Program-made: the position numbers and the translations under genes
Part shown: positions 37,421 to 49,175 of the stretch, piece by piece
How positions within the stretch are numbered: position 1 is the stretch's first letter
Layout: each line of letters opens with the position of its first letter
Origin: Lama glama
Taxonomy: Eukaryota
Length of the DNA stretch: 64,000 nt
Direction of reading: 5' to 3'
Assembly (NCBI GenBank): GCA_028534125.1
Contig: CM052817.1
Span: 2,606,001 to 2,670,000, forward strand
The notes under the pieces: generated by a model
The model's input: the letters and a program-made list of their open reading frames with translations, nothing else
What the model was told of the DNA's origin: nothing
The model's database searches: none

Positions 37421-39468
37421 GGTCTGTGGCGTGGATGAATGGCCTGGGCCCCCTGGGCAGGGCCACCTGGGGCGGGCAACTTTCTGAACCTCTCTGTGCC
37501 TCATATCCCTCCTCTGTGAAATGGGGTTAATAACAACGCCCTCTCCTAAGGCTGCTGAGGGGACGGCGTGAGACAAAGCATGGGAGGCACTGAGCGCTCC
37601 TCCTGGCGGTCAGTAACCGGTCATGACTTTCCATGTTTTTTTTTTCCTTGTCTTGGGACACAGAAATGCATGCATAAACTCTGAAACCAGATAAAAAGAT
37701 AGAGGCTGAGGCTTCATTGCAGAAGGAGGAATCGATGCGAGAATAGTATGTTCAGAATCCTTAGCCTCTCCTTGGCTTCTGTGAATGGATCCAGATGCTT
37801 CCAGCACATTCTTCTTTGGCTGAAGTTGTCCAGAGTGATATTCCATTGCTTCTAAATGAAGAACCCGATGGACCCCAGAGGACTAAGGTCCTTTCTGGAT
37901 CTCAAGTTCCAGGTAACTCTCTAGCTTACGAACTTCCAATGGCTCCCCGCTGCCCACAGATTGGATTCTACCCCTGAGCCTGGGACTCCAGGCCCTCCAG
38001 GTTCTGTCCCCACCTGGACACTCAAGCTTCATTGCCAGGCGCCTCTCCATACACCTGACTGCACACACTCCCTGTGCATCCTGTGCCAGACACACCCTTC
38101 CTGTTCTCACCTCAACACCTTCTCTGTCTGGACCTTTTAAATTCAGTCCACCCCTGAGACTGTGCTGTCTCAGTCAGCACCTTGGGGAGGGTGGGACCAG
38201 GGGCGAGTGGCTGGCAAGACTGAGTGAGCCAGAAAAGCTAGGACTTCGACCCAGGTAGTGGGGCCCCAAAGCCTGTGCCTTAACTAGTATCCTTCATTGC
38301 CTCTCATGGAGAATGGAGCCATGGGAACCGGGGAGAAACAGAGCCAGCCCAGGAGAGGAGCCTTCAGGGCAGCAGACCTGGGGGGCGACCACCCCAGCCA
38401 AGCTGGAGCTGTAGGTGGGAGACCCCAGGGTCAAGGTTTACAGAAGGACCTACAAGTGACCTGATGCACCCAGCCACACAAGGGAAGTTAGGGGACAAGT
38501 TAGTGATAAGTATATAAAAAACTAAGCAAATGAAAACACAAGGCAAGTATCAACTCCAGGCAAAAGAAAAAGCTGGACCAGAAGGACAAGGTGATTACGG
38601 TGCACTGTGTGTCCGTCAGCCATCAGCATGTTTGGTCATCACAATACAGATGCTAAGAGCTGATTTAACCAAAACTGTGCTGTAGCTTGGGGGGCGGGCG
38701 GGCAGGGGAGGGAAATGAGGACAGCCCGCCTCTGCCACAGAGGGGGTTTGTAGTAGCAGCACCAACCATTGGGAAAGCGAGAAATAGCCCTTTTCCAGGT
38801 GGGGGGAAGGTCCCGGACTGGCCACTGGGTGGCGCACACACAGGCTAAATCACTGCAAAGACTGAAAATGGAACTGGATGTTAAAATCACGACCCACAGA
38901 AGGCTGGTGGATCCTTGTGAGATGGACCCGGCGGGATCCATTGCTTGCTACAAAAAAAATCAACATTCTCCATAGGACTTAAGACCCAGAGTCTCATCAT
39001 ATAATATTCTAGATGCCCAAGATACAATCCAGAATTACTTGGCATACGAAGAACCAGGAAAACTTCAACTTGCCTGGGAAAAGACCACCGACAGGTTCCA
39101 ATGCCAAAGCAATTCAGCTGTCAGACTTGTCTGATGAAAACCTTAGTGCAAGTATTGCGAAAATAATCCAAGAAGAAAGGTGAACACGACTGAAACAAAA
39201 GGTTGAAAGTCTAGGCTAAGAAATAGAAGATATAAAGAAGAATTAAATGAAAATGTTAGAACTGAAAAGCATAATTATCAAAATAAAAACTCATCGTATG
39301 GGCTCAGTAGCAGAATGGACATGATGGGAGAATAAGTTAGTGAACTTGAAGATAGAGCAATAAAAAATACCCAGTAAGGACAAAAGAGAAAAAAGAGGTT
39401 AAAAAATGATCACAAAATCCAACATCGTTTCATGATGAAAACACCAAAAAAAAAAAAACTAGAACAGA

Positions 39469-40750
39469 TAAACAAATGGGATATAGTTAAATTTAAAAGC
39501 TTTTGCACAGCAAAGGAAACCATAAACAAAACGGAAAGACAACCTACAGGATGGGAGAAAATATTTGCAAACAATGTGACTGACAAAGTCTTAATTTCCA
39601 AAATATACAAGCAGCTCACACAGCTCAATATCAAAAAAAACAAACAACCCAATTAAAAAATGGGCAGAAGATCTAAATAGACATTTCTCCAAAGAAGACA
39701 TGCAGATGGCCAACAGGCCCATGAAAAGATGCTCGACATCACTAATTATTTGAGAAATGCTACAAAACTACAATGAGGTGTCACCTCTCACCGATCAGAA
39801 CGGCCATCATCAAAAAGTCTACAAATAATAAATGCTGGAGAGGGTGTGGAGAAAAAGGAACCCTCTTACATTGTTGGTGGGAATGTAGATTGGTACAGCC
39901 ACTATGGAGAATAGTATGGAGGTTCCTTAAAAAAGCTAAAAATAGACTAACACACAATCCAGCAGTCCCACTCCTGGGCATATATCAGGAGAAAGCTATA
40001 ATTCAAAAAGATACACGCACCCCAATGTTCACAGCAGCACTATTTACAACAGCCAAGACATGGAAGCCACCTAAATGTCCATCAACAGGTGACTGAATAA
40101 AGAAAATGTGAGATATATATGTATATAATGGAATACTACACAGCAATAAAAAGAATGAAATAATGTCATTGGCAGCAACACAACTGGACCTGGAGATGAT
40201 CATATTAAGTGAAGTAGGCCAGACAGAGAAAGACAAATACCGTATGATATCACTTATATGTGGAATATACAAAATGACACAAGTGAATTTATTTACAAAA
40301 CAGAAAGTGACCTTCAGAATAGAAAACAAATGTATTGGGGGTGGGTAGAGTGTGTGCTTAGCATGCACAGGTCCTGGTTCAATCCCCAGTACCTCCATTT
40401 AAAAAGTAAATAAAAACTGAATTACCTCTCCTCAAAAAAGAAAAATAAATACAAAAAAAATTCTTTTAAAAGAAAACAAACTTATGGTTACCAGGGCAGT
40501 AAAGGGGGAGGGAGAGATAGACTGGGAGTTTGGGATTGGCAGATACAAATACTATGTAGAGAGTAGGTAAACAACAAGGCCCTACTGTATAGAACAGGGA
40601 ACTATATTCAGTGGCTTGTAGTAACCTGTAATGAAAAAGAGTATGAATATGCATATACATATATAACTGAATCACTATGCTGTACACCAGAAACTAATGC
40701 AACACTGCAAAGAAACTGTACTTCAATTTTTTAAATTAGGGGGAAAAAAG
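39469..40750 (+). mobile_element. Younger 5'-truncated L1 nested in the old L1
   Basis: [39 protein letters not shown] (ORF2 C-terminal); TSD actagaacaga at 39458-39468 and 40751-40761. Confidence 0.9.
40336..40470 (+). mobile_element. tRNA-derived SINE (A box deleted) nested in the L1 3' UTR
   Basis: ggtagagtgtgtgcttagcatgcacaggtcctggttcaatccccagtacctcc plus A tail; same family as 25228; TSD agaaaacaaa(tg/ct)tat at 40321-40335 and 40471-40485. Confidence 0.85.
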
Positions 40751-40874
40751 ACTAGAACAGAAGGGAACTTCCTCAGCCTGACCACGGGCATGTATGAAGC
40801 AAGCACAGCCCCCCTCATGCTCAGCGGTGAAGGCTGGCTGCTTTCCCCTAAGGGCAGCAACAAGGCAAGAGCAT

Positions 40875-40939
40875 CGCCTCCACAGAGCGCCGCCCCAGAG
40901 GTTCCACCGCCTCCACGGAGCGCCGCCCCAGAGGTTCCA
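40875..40939. repeat. Tandem duplication, 2 x 33 bp
   Basis: cgcctccac(a/g)gagcgccgccccagaggttcca repeated. Confidence 0.9.
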
Positions 40940-43900
40940 GGTGGGCCATAGGCAAGAAAAAGATGAGAGGCCTCAGATTGTAAAAGAGCTAAAACTGTCT
41001 CTACTCGCATATGACATAATCTTACACATAGAAAACCCCAAGAATCCACAAAAACATCTGTTAGAGTGAATTAAAAAACTGAGCCAGGTTGTAGGATATG
41101 AGCTCAATATGCAAAAATGAGTTGTAATTCTTACACACTAACCATGGGCAATCCAAGGATATAAGTCCAGCGATAGTATCAGAAAGAACAAAAATACTTG
41201 GGAATAAATTTAACCAAACTACAAATTAAAGCTGAAAGAAATGAAAAGACCTAAGTAAATGGGACACCGTCTCGTGTTCATGGACTGGAAGCTTTAATAC
41301 TTTAGACGATGCTTCCCAAACGGTCTACAGATGTACTGGAACCCCATCAAAATGTCAACTGCCTGCTTTCCCAAAGTGGATACATTTGATCCTAAAGCTC
41401 ATCAAAAGCGAGCCCAAATAGCCAAAACAACCTTGAAACAGAACAGCAAAGTTGGAGGATGCACCCTTCCCGACTTCAACACTTACTACCAAGCTCATCG
41501 TTGAGACAGGGTGCAGGATTGGGGACGAACAAAGAAATCGATGGAACAGAACTGAGAGCCCAGAAATCACCCAGACATGATGGCCAACTGACTTACTAAA
41601 AGGATACCAAGACCGTTCATTGGGGAAGGAATAGTCTTTTTAACAAACAGTGGAGGAACATTGGACAGCTACAAAAGATAATGAATTTGGACCCCTACCT
41701 CACGCCATACACAAAAACTAACTCAAAATTAACTAAAAGACCTCAATGTAAGAGCTAAAACTATAAAACTCATAGAAGGAAACGTAAGTATAAGATTTTG
41801 TGGCCTCAGAATTGGCAACAGTTTCTTAGATGTGAGATGAAACGCATAATCAATAAAAGAAAAAATACATACACTGGACTCCATCAAAATGAAAAAATTC
41901 TGCTGCATAAGACATTCTCGAGAAGGCAAAAAGACAACGCACAGAATGGGATGAAATACTGGCAAACCATACATCTGGTAACTGGTATCTAGAATACAAC
42001 AATAAAAAAGCAAATAATCCCACTTAAAAATGAGCAAAGGCTCTGAATGGGCGTTTCTCCAGAGAAGATGCACAAACAGCCAACAGGCACAGGGAGAGAT
42101 GCTCGCCATCGTTAGTCGTCAGGGGACACAAATCAAAACCACAAGGAGACACAACGGCACACCCACCGGGACGGCTGTCATCCAAACCAGAAACAGCGAG
42201 GGCTGGGGAGGATGTGGCGGCCTTGGCGCCCTTGCACACGGGCGGTGGGAATGTCAAACGGTGCGAACTGTGGAAACCAGTGTGTTAGCACCCCCACAAG
42301 GGAAACATGGAACCCCCGTGTGACCGGGAGACTCTGTGCCTCAGGGTGTAAGAAAAGTGAAAAGAGAACAAGAGAAATAAAAACACAGGGCCACTCGAAA
42401 ACTGGTGCAGAAGTTGTTTGTCACGGCGTTGTTCGCAATAGCCAGAAAGGGAACACAACCCCGATGTCTGTCAGCAGACGGATTTTTAACGTGGGCTCCG
42501 CACAGCGGAAGAGTATCCAGCTGTTAAAGGAATGGTGCGCTGACACAGGGGGCCACATGGATGAGTCTTTGAAAACACTGTGTCAATGTTTTACCAAAGG
42601 AGTCAGACACAAAAGGCCACAATTACGTAATTTCATGTATAAATGTCCTTAACAGGCCCATCTAGAGAGACAGAAAGCAGGGCAGGGGCTGTCGGGGTAG
42701 GGGGGGGGACTGGGAGTGACCGCTACCGGGTCTGTATGTCTTCTGGGGCTGACAGAAGCACTCCAGGACCGCCCGGTGACGATGGTTGCACGACATTGTA
42801 GATGTGGCAAAAACCACTGACTTGTCCATTTCAAAATGGTTAAAATGGTGACTTTTATGTCTTGTGAATTCTAGCTAATTAAAAAATGCAATTTAAAAAA
42901 AAGAAAAAAATGAACAAAGCTTCACAGGCCCGTGAGGAAATCACGTAAGGTCTAATGTTGTGTCGTCAGAGTCCCAGAAGGAGAGAGGGAAGGGATGGCG
43001 CAGAAACAAAACATCTGAAGAAATAATGGCTGAAAACTTCCCAAGTTTGGCAAAAGACACAAACTTTAAAAACTCAAATGTCCTCCAGTGGGTGAACAGA
43101 TAAACGACCCAGGCTACATCCATCCAATGAATCGCCACCCAGCGCCAGGAGGACTGGCCCGCGGACACAGGCAACTCCCGGGCTGGCCCCAAGGGAGTCA
43201 CACTGGGGAAGGGAACCGAGACTGGGATCTCTTTCATGTTCATTTGCCAGATAATCCCAATGGGGTTACTCCATTCATTAGGCATCCTGGAAAAGACACA
43301 ACTGTGGTGCTGGAGAGCAGGTCTCTGGCTGCTGGGGGAGATCACGGGTGGATCTGGGTCACGAAGGAGAGCAAACACCAGCTCCTTAGAGGGGAGAGTC
43401 CTGGCACTGACATGTGGGCACCACGCCGTGTCCAGGAGGGACTGGGGTGCACAGAGCAGCCAGCCCCGACTCCCCCAGAAGCCACAGGAAGAAACAGAAA
43501 CAGGAGGCGCGAAGGCCCCAGCACCTGGGGAATAAGACCATCACTCTCACTGCCGGTCCCCACTTTGCCGTGGCGACCCCACCCCGCCTCGACCTCGGCC
43601 GGGCAGGCCCACATCCAGCTCAGCACGTGAGTTTCAGTTCACTGCCACCAAACGTGTCTTCAGCAAGGCAGTGTTGGGGGCTGAGATGAAGTGCCGTGTC
43701 TAATTTCCTTGGCAGCAGCTTTTCTATCTCAACAGCGGGTCAGCAAGGGAGCATCTTGCAGTGGTCCGTGTCTAGGAGTCCGTGGGATGTGGCCTTTATT
43801 CCTGCAGCTGACGGACACCGGCAGCTGGCCTGCAGGGTGTCACCCACTGTGTGGGCCAGGGGTTCACTGAGGAATAAAGCCCCGCCCCAGGGATGTGGAC

Positions 43901-45706
43901 GACGCAGTTCCGCATCGGAGTGAGGGTGAGTGAGGGGCAGACAGAGCTGCCCAAGTGTTTGCTGCTTTGAGCTCAGCCGCCGGCCCTGGGCCTTCCTCGC
44001 GCACTGGCCCTGCCCGCCCCACCTCCTCCACTGCTGACCTCAGCCCTCCCCGGGCCAGCCGCCTCCCAGGACGGGCTGAGCTCCAGAGGCCCCAGGCCCT
44101 CTCATCCCGGGAACACAAACCTTCCTTCCTCTTGACTGGGAATATTTGGGATTCCTCCGAACGCCCCCGTTGAACTTTTCCAGAGCTATTTCCTGAGCAG
44201 CAAATTCTTGAGCCTCCTTTGAAATGCGTTTTCCTTCTGTCCTGCTTTCTCTGCGCCATTGGCCTCTCCCGTGGCCCAGAAATTTCTTGGCTCACAGGAA
44301 GGCCTGCGTCCTTTTGAGCGAGGTTTCAGGGAGGAGGCTCTAAGAGAGGCTGTGAGTTTTCAACCTCCAAGGGTCCCAGGGGCCGGGAGATGGATTCTGA
44401 ACCTGTGTCACCTTGGGAAACACCTCCCTCAGGAAGCCCTCCCGCCCCCACCTCACCCTGGGCACAGCACCTGGGCAAGCTGTCTGTGGGGAGAAACCAG
44501 TCCATCCCAGGCCGAAGTGGTCCCGCTGTGTGTGAGCGTGCGGCCCCTGCCGCAGGGGCTCCCCATGCGAACAGGCGGGTTTGCAGCACCTGCAGGGCAC
44601 CGCCATGAGGTCTCTCAACACTTCTCGAGGACCCAGGTCAAGCATTTGCGGCAGCCCCAGGGTGTGGGCTGCGCAGAATTGCTGCATCCTCTCAGCTGCC
44701 ATGTGTCCAGATCCCAGGGTGAGACCCTGAGGGAGCATGGGCACCACATCCCAGCTGGAGGCCTCTCGGCAACAGCCACGTGGAAGGAACAAATGAGTGG
44801 ACATGGGTCAAGAATGAGTAGGAGGAGCGAGTGATCAAGAGGAGGGAGGGGCTCTGCTCCCAGAAGTGCTCCGTGAGCGCTGGGAGCCCGGCCTTCGCGG
44901 CCACGTGTAGCGCAAACACCCCCCACCACGCCGTCTGCACCTGCATCACGTGGTGAACGTCACCGTTCTCCTTTGTGGCTTGGACTTTCCTGTCCTGGTT
45001 AAGAAATCATTCTCTGACCCAAGATTATATGAATGTTCTCCTGGGATGTTCTTGATGTTTTGGAGTTTTGCATTTCATGCATAGGTCTTTAATCTGTCCA
45101 GAGTCTGCTTTGTATGGGGTTTAAAACAGGGCTCTACGTCTTCATTGTCTGCACAGAGGAGCAATCATTCCGGCCGCAATTGTCAAATCGCCTGCCCTTT
45201 CTACCTTGAATGCCAGAGGGAAGCTCCATCCAGCTCTCTGACTTGGGACCTAAAAGGTCCTTCCTCACCTCCTCTCCCTAGCCAACTCCTATTCATCCCT
45301 CAGTGCCCAGCTGTGTGCTCACTGCTCCCAGGCAGACTTCTCTGATGCCAGGCCTGGTTTTGGTGCCTCCTCTGGGTTCCACTGTCTCTCTGCTCCCCTC
45401 TGCCTCAGCGGAAAACACACAGAAACCCAGTTTGACAAATGGGGGTCATTCATAAAAGGTTGAAATCTTGCTCCTTTTGTAGCTGTGTGACCTCGGACAA
45501 GTTCCTTAACTTCTCTTAGTTCTGTTTCCTTGGGTATAAAACAAGAGTAACAATATATGCCTTAAAGTTTGCTGCAAGCATTGCATAAGGTAACCCTTCT
45601 GAGATCCCTGGACTCTCAGAAGGGCTCCGTACATGATCATTACTGTCCGTGCTGACTGTGGGTCTTACACCTACCTCTTTCCTGGGCCGTTTCCCCAGTA
45701 GACGGA

Positions 45707-46247
45707 GTGCTCCCGGGGTAGGAACTGGGTCGGCCCCATGGGGGTGTTTGCCGAACGAGCTGGGGACAGGAGAGGATGTGACTTCTTCGGCCATCGTAAA
45801 GGGAGGAGAGTTGTTAAAAGGAAGAGCAGCCTGGGCTTGGCCGGGGACCAGGGCTCCAGGCCACGTGGCCACCACACCCCTTGCAGAGCTGTTGTCACAG
45901 TGGAAAATGAGCCCTGGCCATCTCCACGCGGGAGGCACCAGTCCGGGCTGGCCCTGGAGAGGACTTCTCCAGGCGGCCCTGAGCAGCCCGGCTGCGTTCC
46001 CGCTGAGAAGGCTCCCCAGCCCACGGGCAGCCCTGAGCCCAGCACAGAGGGTGGCTGCTCGTTGCCACCCTGCCTCCCGCCCACACCTGTCGCCCCACCA
46101 GGGCCCTGGTCCCCGGCCAAGCCCAGGCTGCTCCTCCTTGTAACAACTCTCCTCCCCTTACGATGGCCGAAGTCACATCCTCTCCTGTCCCCAGCTCGTT
46201 CGGCAAACACCCCCACGGGGCAGACCCAGTTCCTACTCCAGGAGCGC
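45707..46247. repeat. Long inverted repeat (arms 45707-45854 and 46103-46247; 248-bp spacer)
   Basis: Manual alignment of the left arm with the reverse complement of the right arm gives 8 substitutions and one 3-bp indel over ~147 bp. Confidence 0.95.
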
Positions 46248-47519
46248 CCAGCCAAGCAGGGTTGGCTTGGGGACCCAGGCCTTCGACTTCCTCTCCTGCA
46301 CTAAAAGTCAAAACCAAAACGGGAAAGTTGAAATGTTTAAAACCCACCAGTCTTTCAACAAGACTTCCAGGCCCTTTCTGTGTCCAGCCTGTGATAGAAG
46401 CAGGGCCAGGAGAGAATGGGGTCCGGCCCCTGCCCCTCAAACCCCGGGCTGAGACCCCCATTGCTGAGGGAGGAGCTGACGGGCCCTGGGGGCCGTGCCC
46501 AGCCAGTCACAGTGATGGGGCACAGGGCAGCCACTGTCCAGCCCCCAGAGGGTCTGTCCGCACCACTCAGCATGTCCAGAACCCGGCCAGGTGCCCCCCA
46601 CCCCGCTTCCTCCTGCCAAACACAGCTTTTCATGCCAAAGGCAGGGAGTTCGTGGCCAACGCAGGGCTTTGGTGGCAAATTGTCCTTTCGCTCATTCATA
46701 CACTCATTCGTTCACCCACTCCTCCTTTTGTGCTTCCATTTCTTCATCTGCAAAATAAAGGTAGTGACAGCGCCCACCTCATCGCAGGGGGTTGCGTGGA
46801 CTCCCTTTGGGAGTGGAGCAGCTTTCACTGCTCACAGTCCTCCGCCTGCCCAGGGTGGGAGCTGACTGGGGACAAAGAAATCAGGAAGGTGGGACTGGGA
46901 GTAAAATACCAGCTTCATTACTTAAAACCAACAAAAAGGCTAGATTCCGAAGAATCCAGCTTGGATGTGCAGCAAAGGTGACTTCCTAATGCTGGCCACC
47001 GGGGTTAGGCCTCCACTGGGCCACAGGCAGCAGTGAGCGAGCCTGGCAGGCCTCCCTGCACGGCTGCCTGGGAACCGGCCCCACTGTGCGCTTGGAGGGG
47101 ACACACAGCCTGCTCCCCCAGCAGGGAAGCACCCCGTCTTCCAGGAGTGTTCAGCAAAACCCCTCTTAAAGGACACTAGGTGAGGGAAAATGCTTCTGCC
47201 ACCCCTGCTTGACCCAGCTGACATTTACATAAAGTGCGTGCACAGCGCCAGGCGTGGGAAGATGCACAGCGACCACTGGCTGTGACGATTCTGACTATTA
47301 TTGCCACCCTCTGCGGTGTGCCGGGCAGGGGCTAAAGGCTGAGGCTGCGGCAGCGGGCAGAGCGCTGTCCTGCCGTCCGCGCCCCCGCCGGCCCTCCCCG
47401 GCTGCGGGACGCGGGCCCGGCGGCCACCCCCCGGCACCTCAGCTTCCTCTTGGGCTCACTGGGAGGAAGCCACGAGACCGCCTGCTGCGGCGCCTCCTCG
47501 TCAAGGAGTGGGTGCTTCC

Positions 47520-49175
47520 GCTTCGTTCTTTTCAGCGTATTTTGGGTATTTTGGGTCCTTTGCAGTTTCATGTGAATTTTATTTATTCTTTAAAATTTAT
47601 TTTTACTTTTAAAAATTCTTTTTTATTTTGTTGTCTTTTTTCTTTGTTTTAGCTTTTTTTGTTTGTTTGTTTTGTTGCTGTTATTTTATTAATTTCTTTT
47701 TTTCTTCAAAAAATATTCTTTTTAAACAAACCCTTGTGTCAAGGGCTGACTTTTAACAGATCGCACTGAGGGATGTGCTCTGCTGTGTACGACGACATCC
47801 AACCCAGAAGCACGTTGTCTACAAACGGTGCAGCACCAGGTTCCTTCGTGTGAATTTTAGAATTGTTGTCAGCTTCTAAGAAAAAGCCTGCTGAGAGCTT
47901 GCCTGGGGTTCCGTCAAGTCTATAGGCAGCTCCAAGGAGAAGAGGCACCTTGACGTCTTTTGCTACATCCTCGGGGCTTTACCGTCCTTCAGCAACGCTC
48001 GGTGGTTTTCAGCGCCCAGTCTTGCACTTCTTCTGCCAGACTTATTCATAAGTGTTTCATACTTTTTGATGTTATTGTAAATGGTTGTTTTAAATTTCGA
48101 TCTCCAGTTGTTCTTTACTAGTGTATTAAAAATGATTTTCTATATTGAAGTTGCATCCTGCCACCTTGCTAAACTCACTCATTCCAGTAGCTATTTTGTA
48201 GATTCCATCAGTTTCCATCAGATTTTCCACATAGACAGCCATGCTGTACGTGAATAATGACAGTTTTATTTCTTCATTTCCACTATACATGCCTTTCATT
48301 TCTTTCTGTTGCCTCCTTGCGTTGGCCAGCCCTCGGCACAACGCTGACCAGAAGCGGGGCAGCACGTACCGTAGCCCTGCCCCCGTTCTCAGAGGCAGCC
48401 TGTCTTCCTCCACTAAGCACATGAACGGGGAGAGGCGTTTCGTAGGTGCCCTTAGGCTAGGAATAGAAGCTCCCTCCTATTCCTCCTGGGTTGAGGGCTT
48501 TTATCAAAAATACATTTTGGGTTTTATCAAAGCAGTTTTGCCTCTATTGAGATGATCATGTGGTTTTTCATTTTTAGCTTATTGATGTGGTAAATTAAAT
48601 TGATTGCTGTTTAAATGTTAAACCAACCTTGCATTCCTGGGATAAATCTGCCTTTGCCATAAAACATTATTCTATTTATATACGATGGGATTCAATTTTC
48701 TAAAATTTTGTTTAAACTTTTTTCACTTATGCTCCTAAGAGAGATTAGTTTGTAGCTTGCTTTCTGTAAAGCCTGGTTCTGGTTTTGGTATCAGAATAAT
48801 GCTGGCTTCACAGGGTGAGTGGGGAAACACTCCTCCCTCTCCCATTTTCCAGAAAAGTCTGGGCACAGTTGGTGTTATTTCTTTCTTAGATTTTTGGTAG
48901 AATATTCCAAGGAAACCACCTGGGCCTGAATTTTCTTTATGGGGATGTTTCAACTACTAATTCAATTTCTCTAGTAGATATAGGGCTATAATCTGAAAAT
49001 AATGTTTTTCTTCTTGAGTGAGCTTTGGTATTTTACATCTTTCAAGGAATTTGCCCATCATAACCGAGTTTGAGTCCACTGACACAAGGTTGTCCATACT
49101 ATTCCCTGTTTTCCTTTTAGCATCTGTCGAATCTTTAGTGACGTCATCTCCCTCCTTCCTGACGTTGGTAATGTT
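47520..49175 (-). mobile_element. Old L1 ORF2 fragments (antisense)
   Basis: T-rich plus strand; minus-strand translations include EEIKLSLF..MAVYVEN..SEFSKVAG, GPGGFLGIFYQ..KEITP and MGKFLERCKIPKLTQEE. Confidence 0.8.
47582..47844 (-). pseudogene. Retroposed 28S rRNA 3'-terminal fragment (47726-47844) with A-rich tail (47582-47725); SINE28-like
   Basis: Minus strand reads ggaacctggtgctgcaccgtttgtagacaacgtgcttctgggtt...cagcagagca..tccctc..tgcgatctgttaaaagtcagcccttgacacaagggtttgt, matching the recalled mammalian 28S 3' end; TSD ttc(a/g)tgtgaatttta. Confidence 0.88.

Larger units (their letters stand above)
38990..43100 (+). mobile_element. Old, fragmented L1 (L1M-type ORF1/ORF2/3' UTR pieces)
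   Basis: A-rich degenerate ORF1-like (39180-39410, 42900-43100) and ORF2-like (39410-39460, 40760-42400) segments, with a 3' UTR-like part to ~42900. Confidence 0.75.

Noticed and set aside
45516..46461. Similar ORFs on opposite strands suggesting a duplicated gene
   Set aside because: They arise simply from the inverted repeat; no coding signature.
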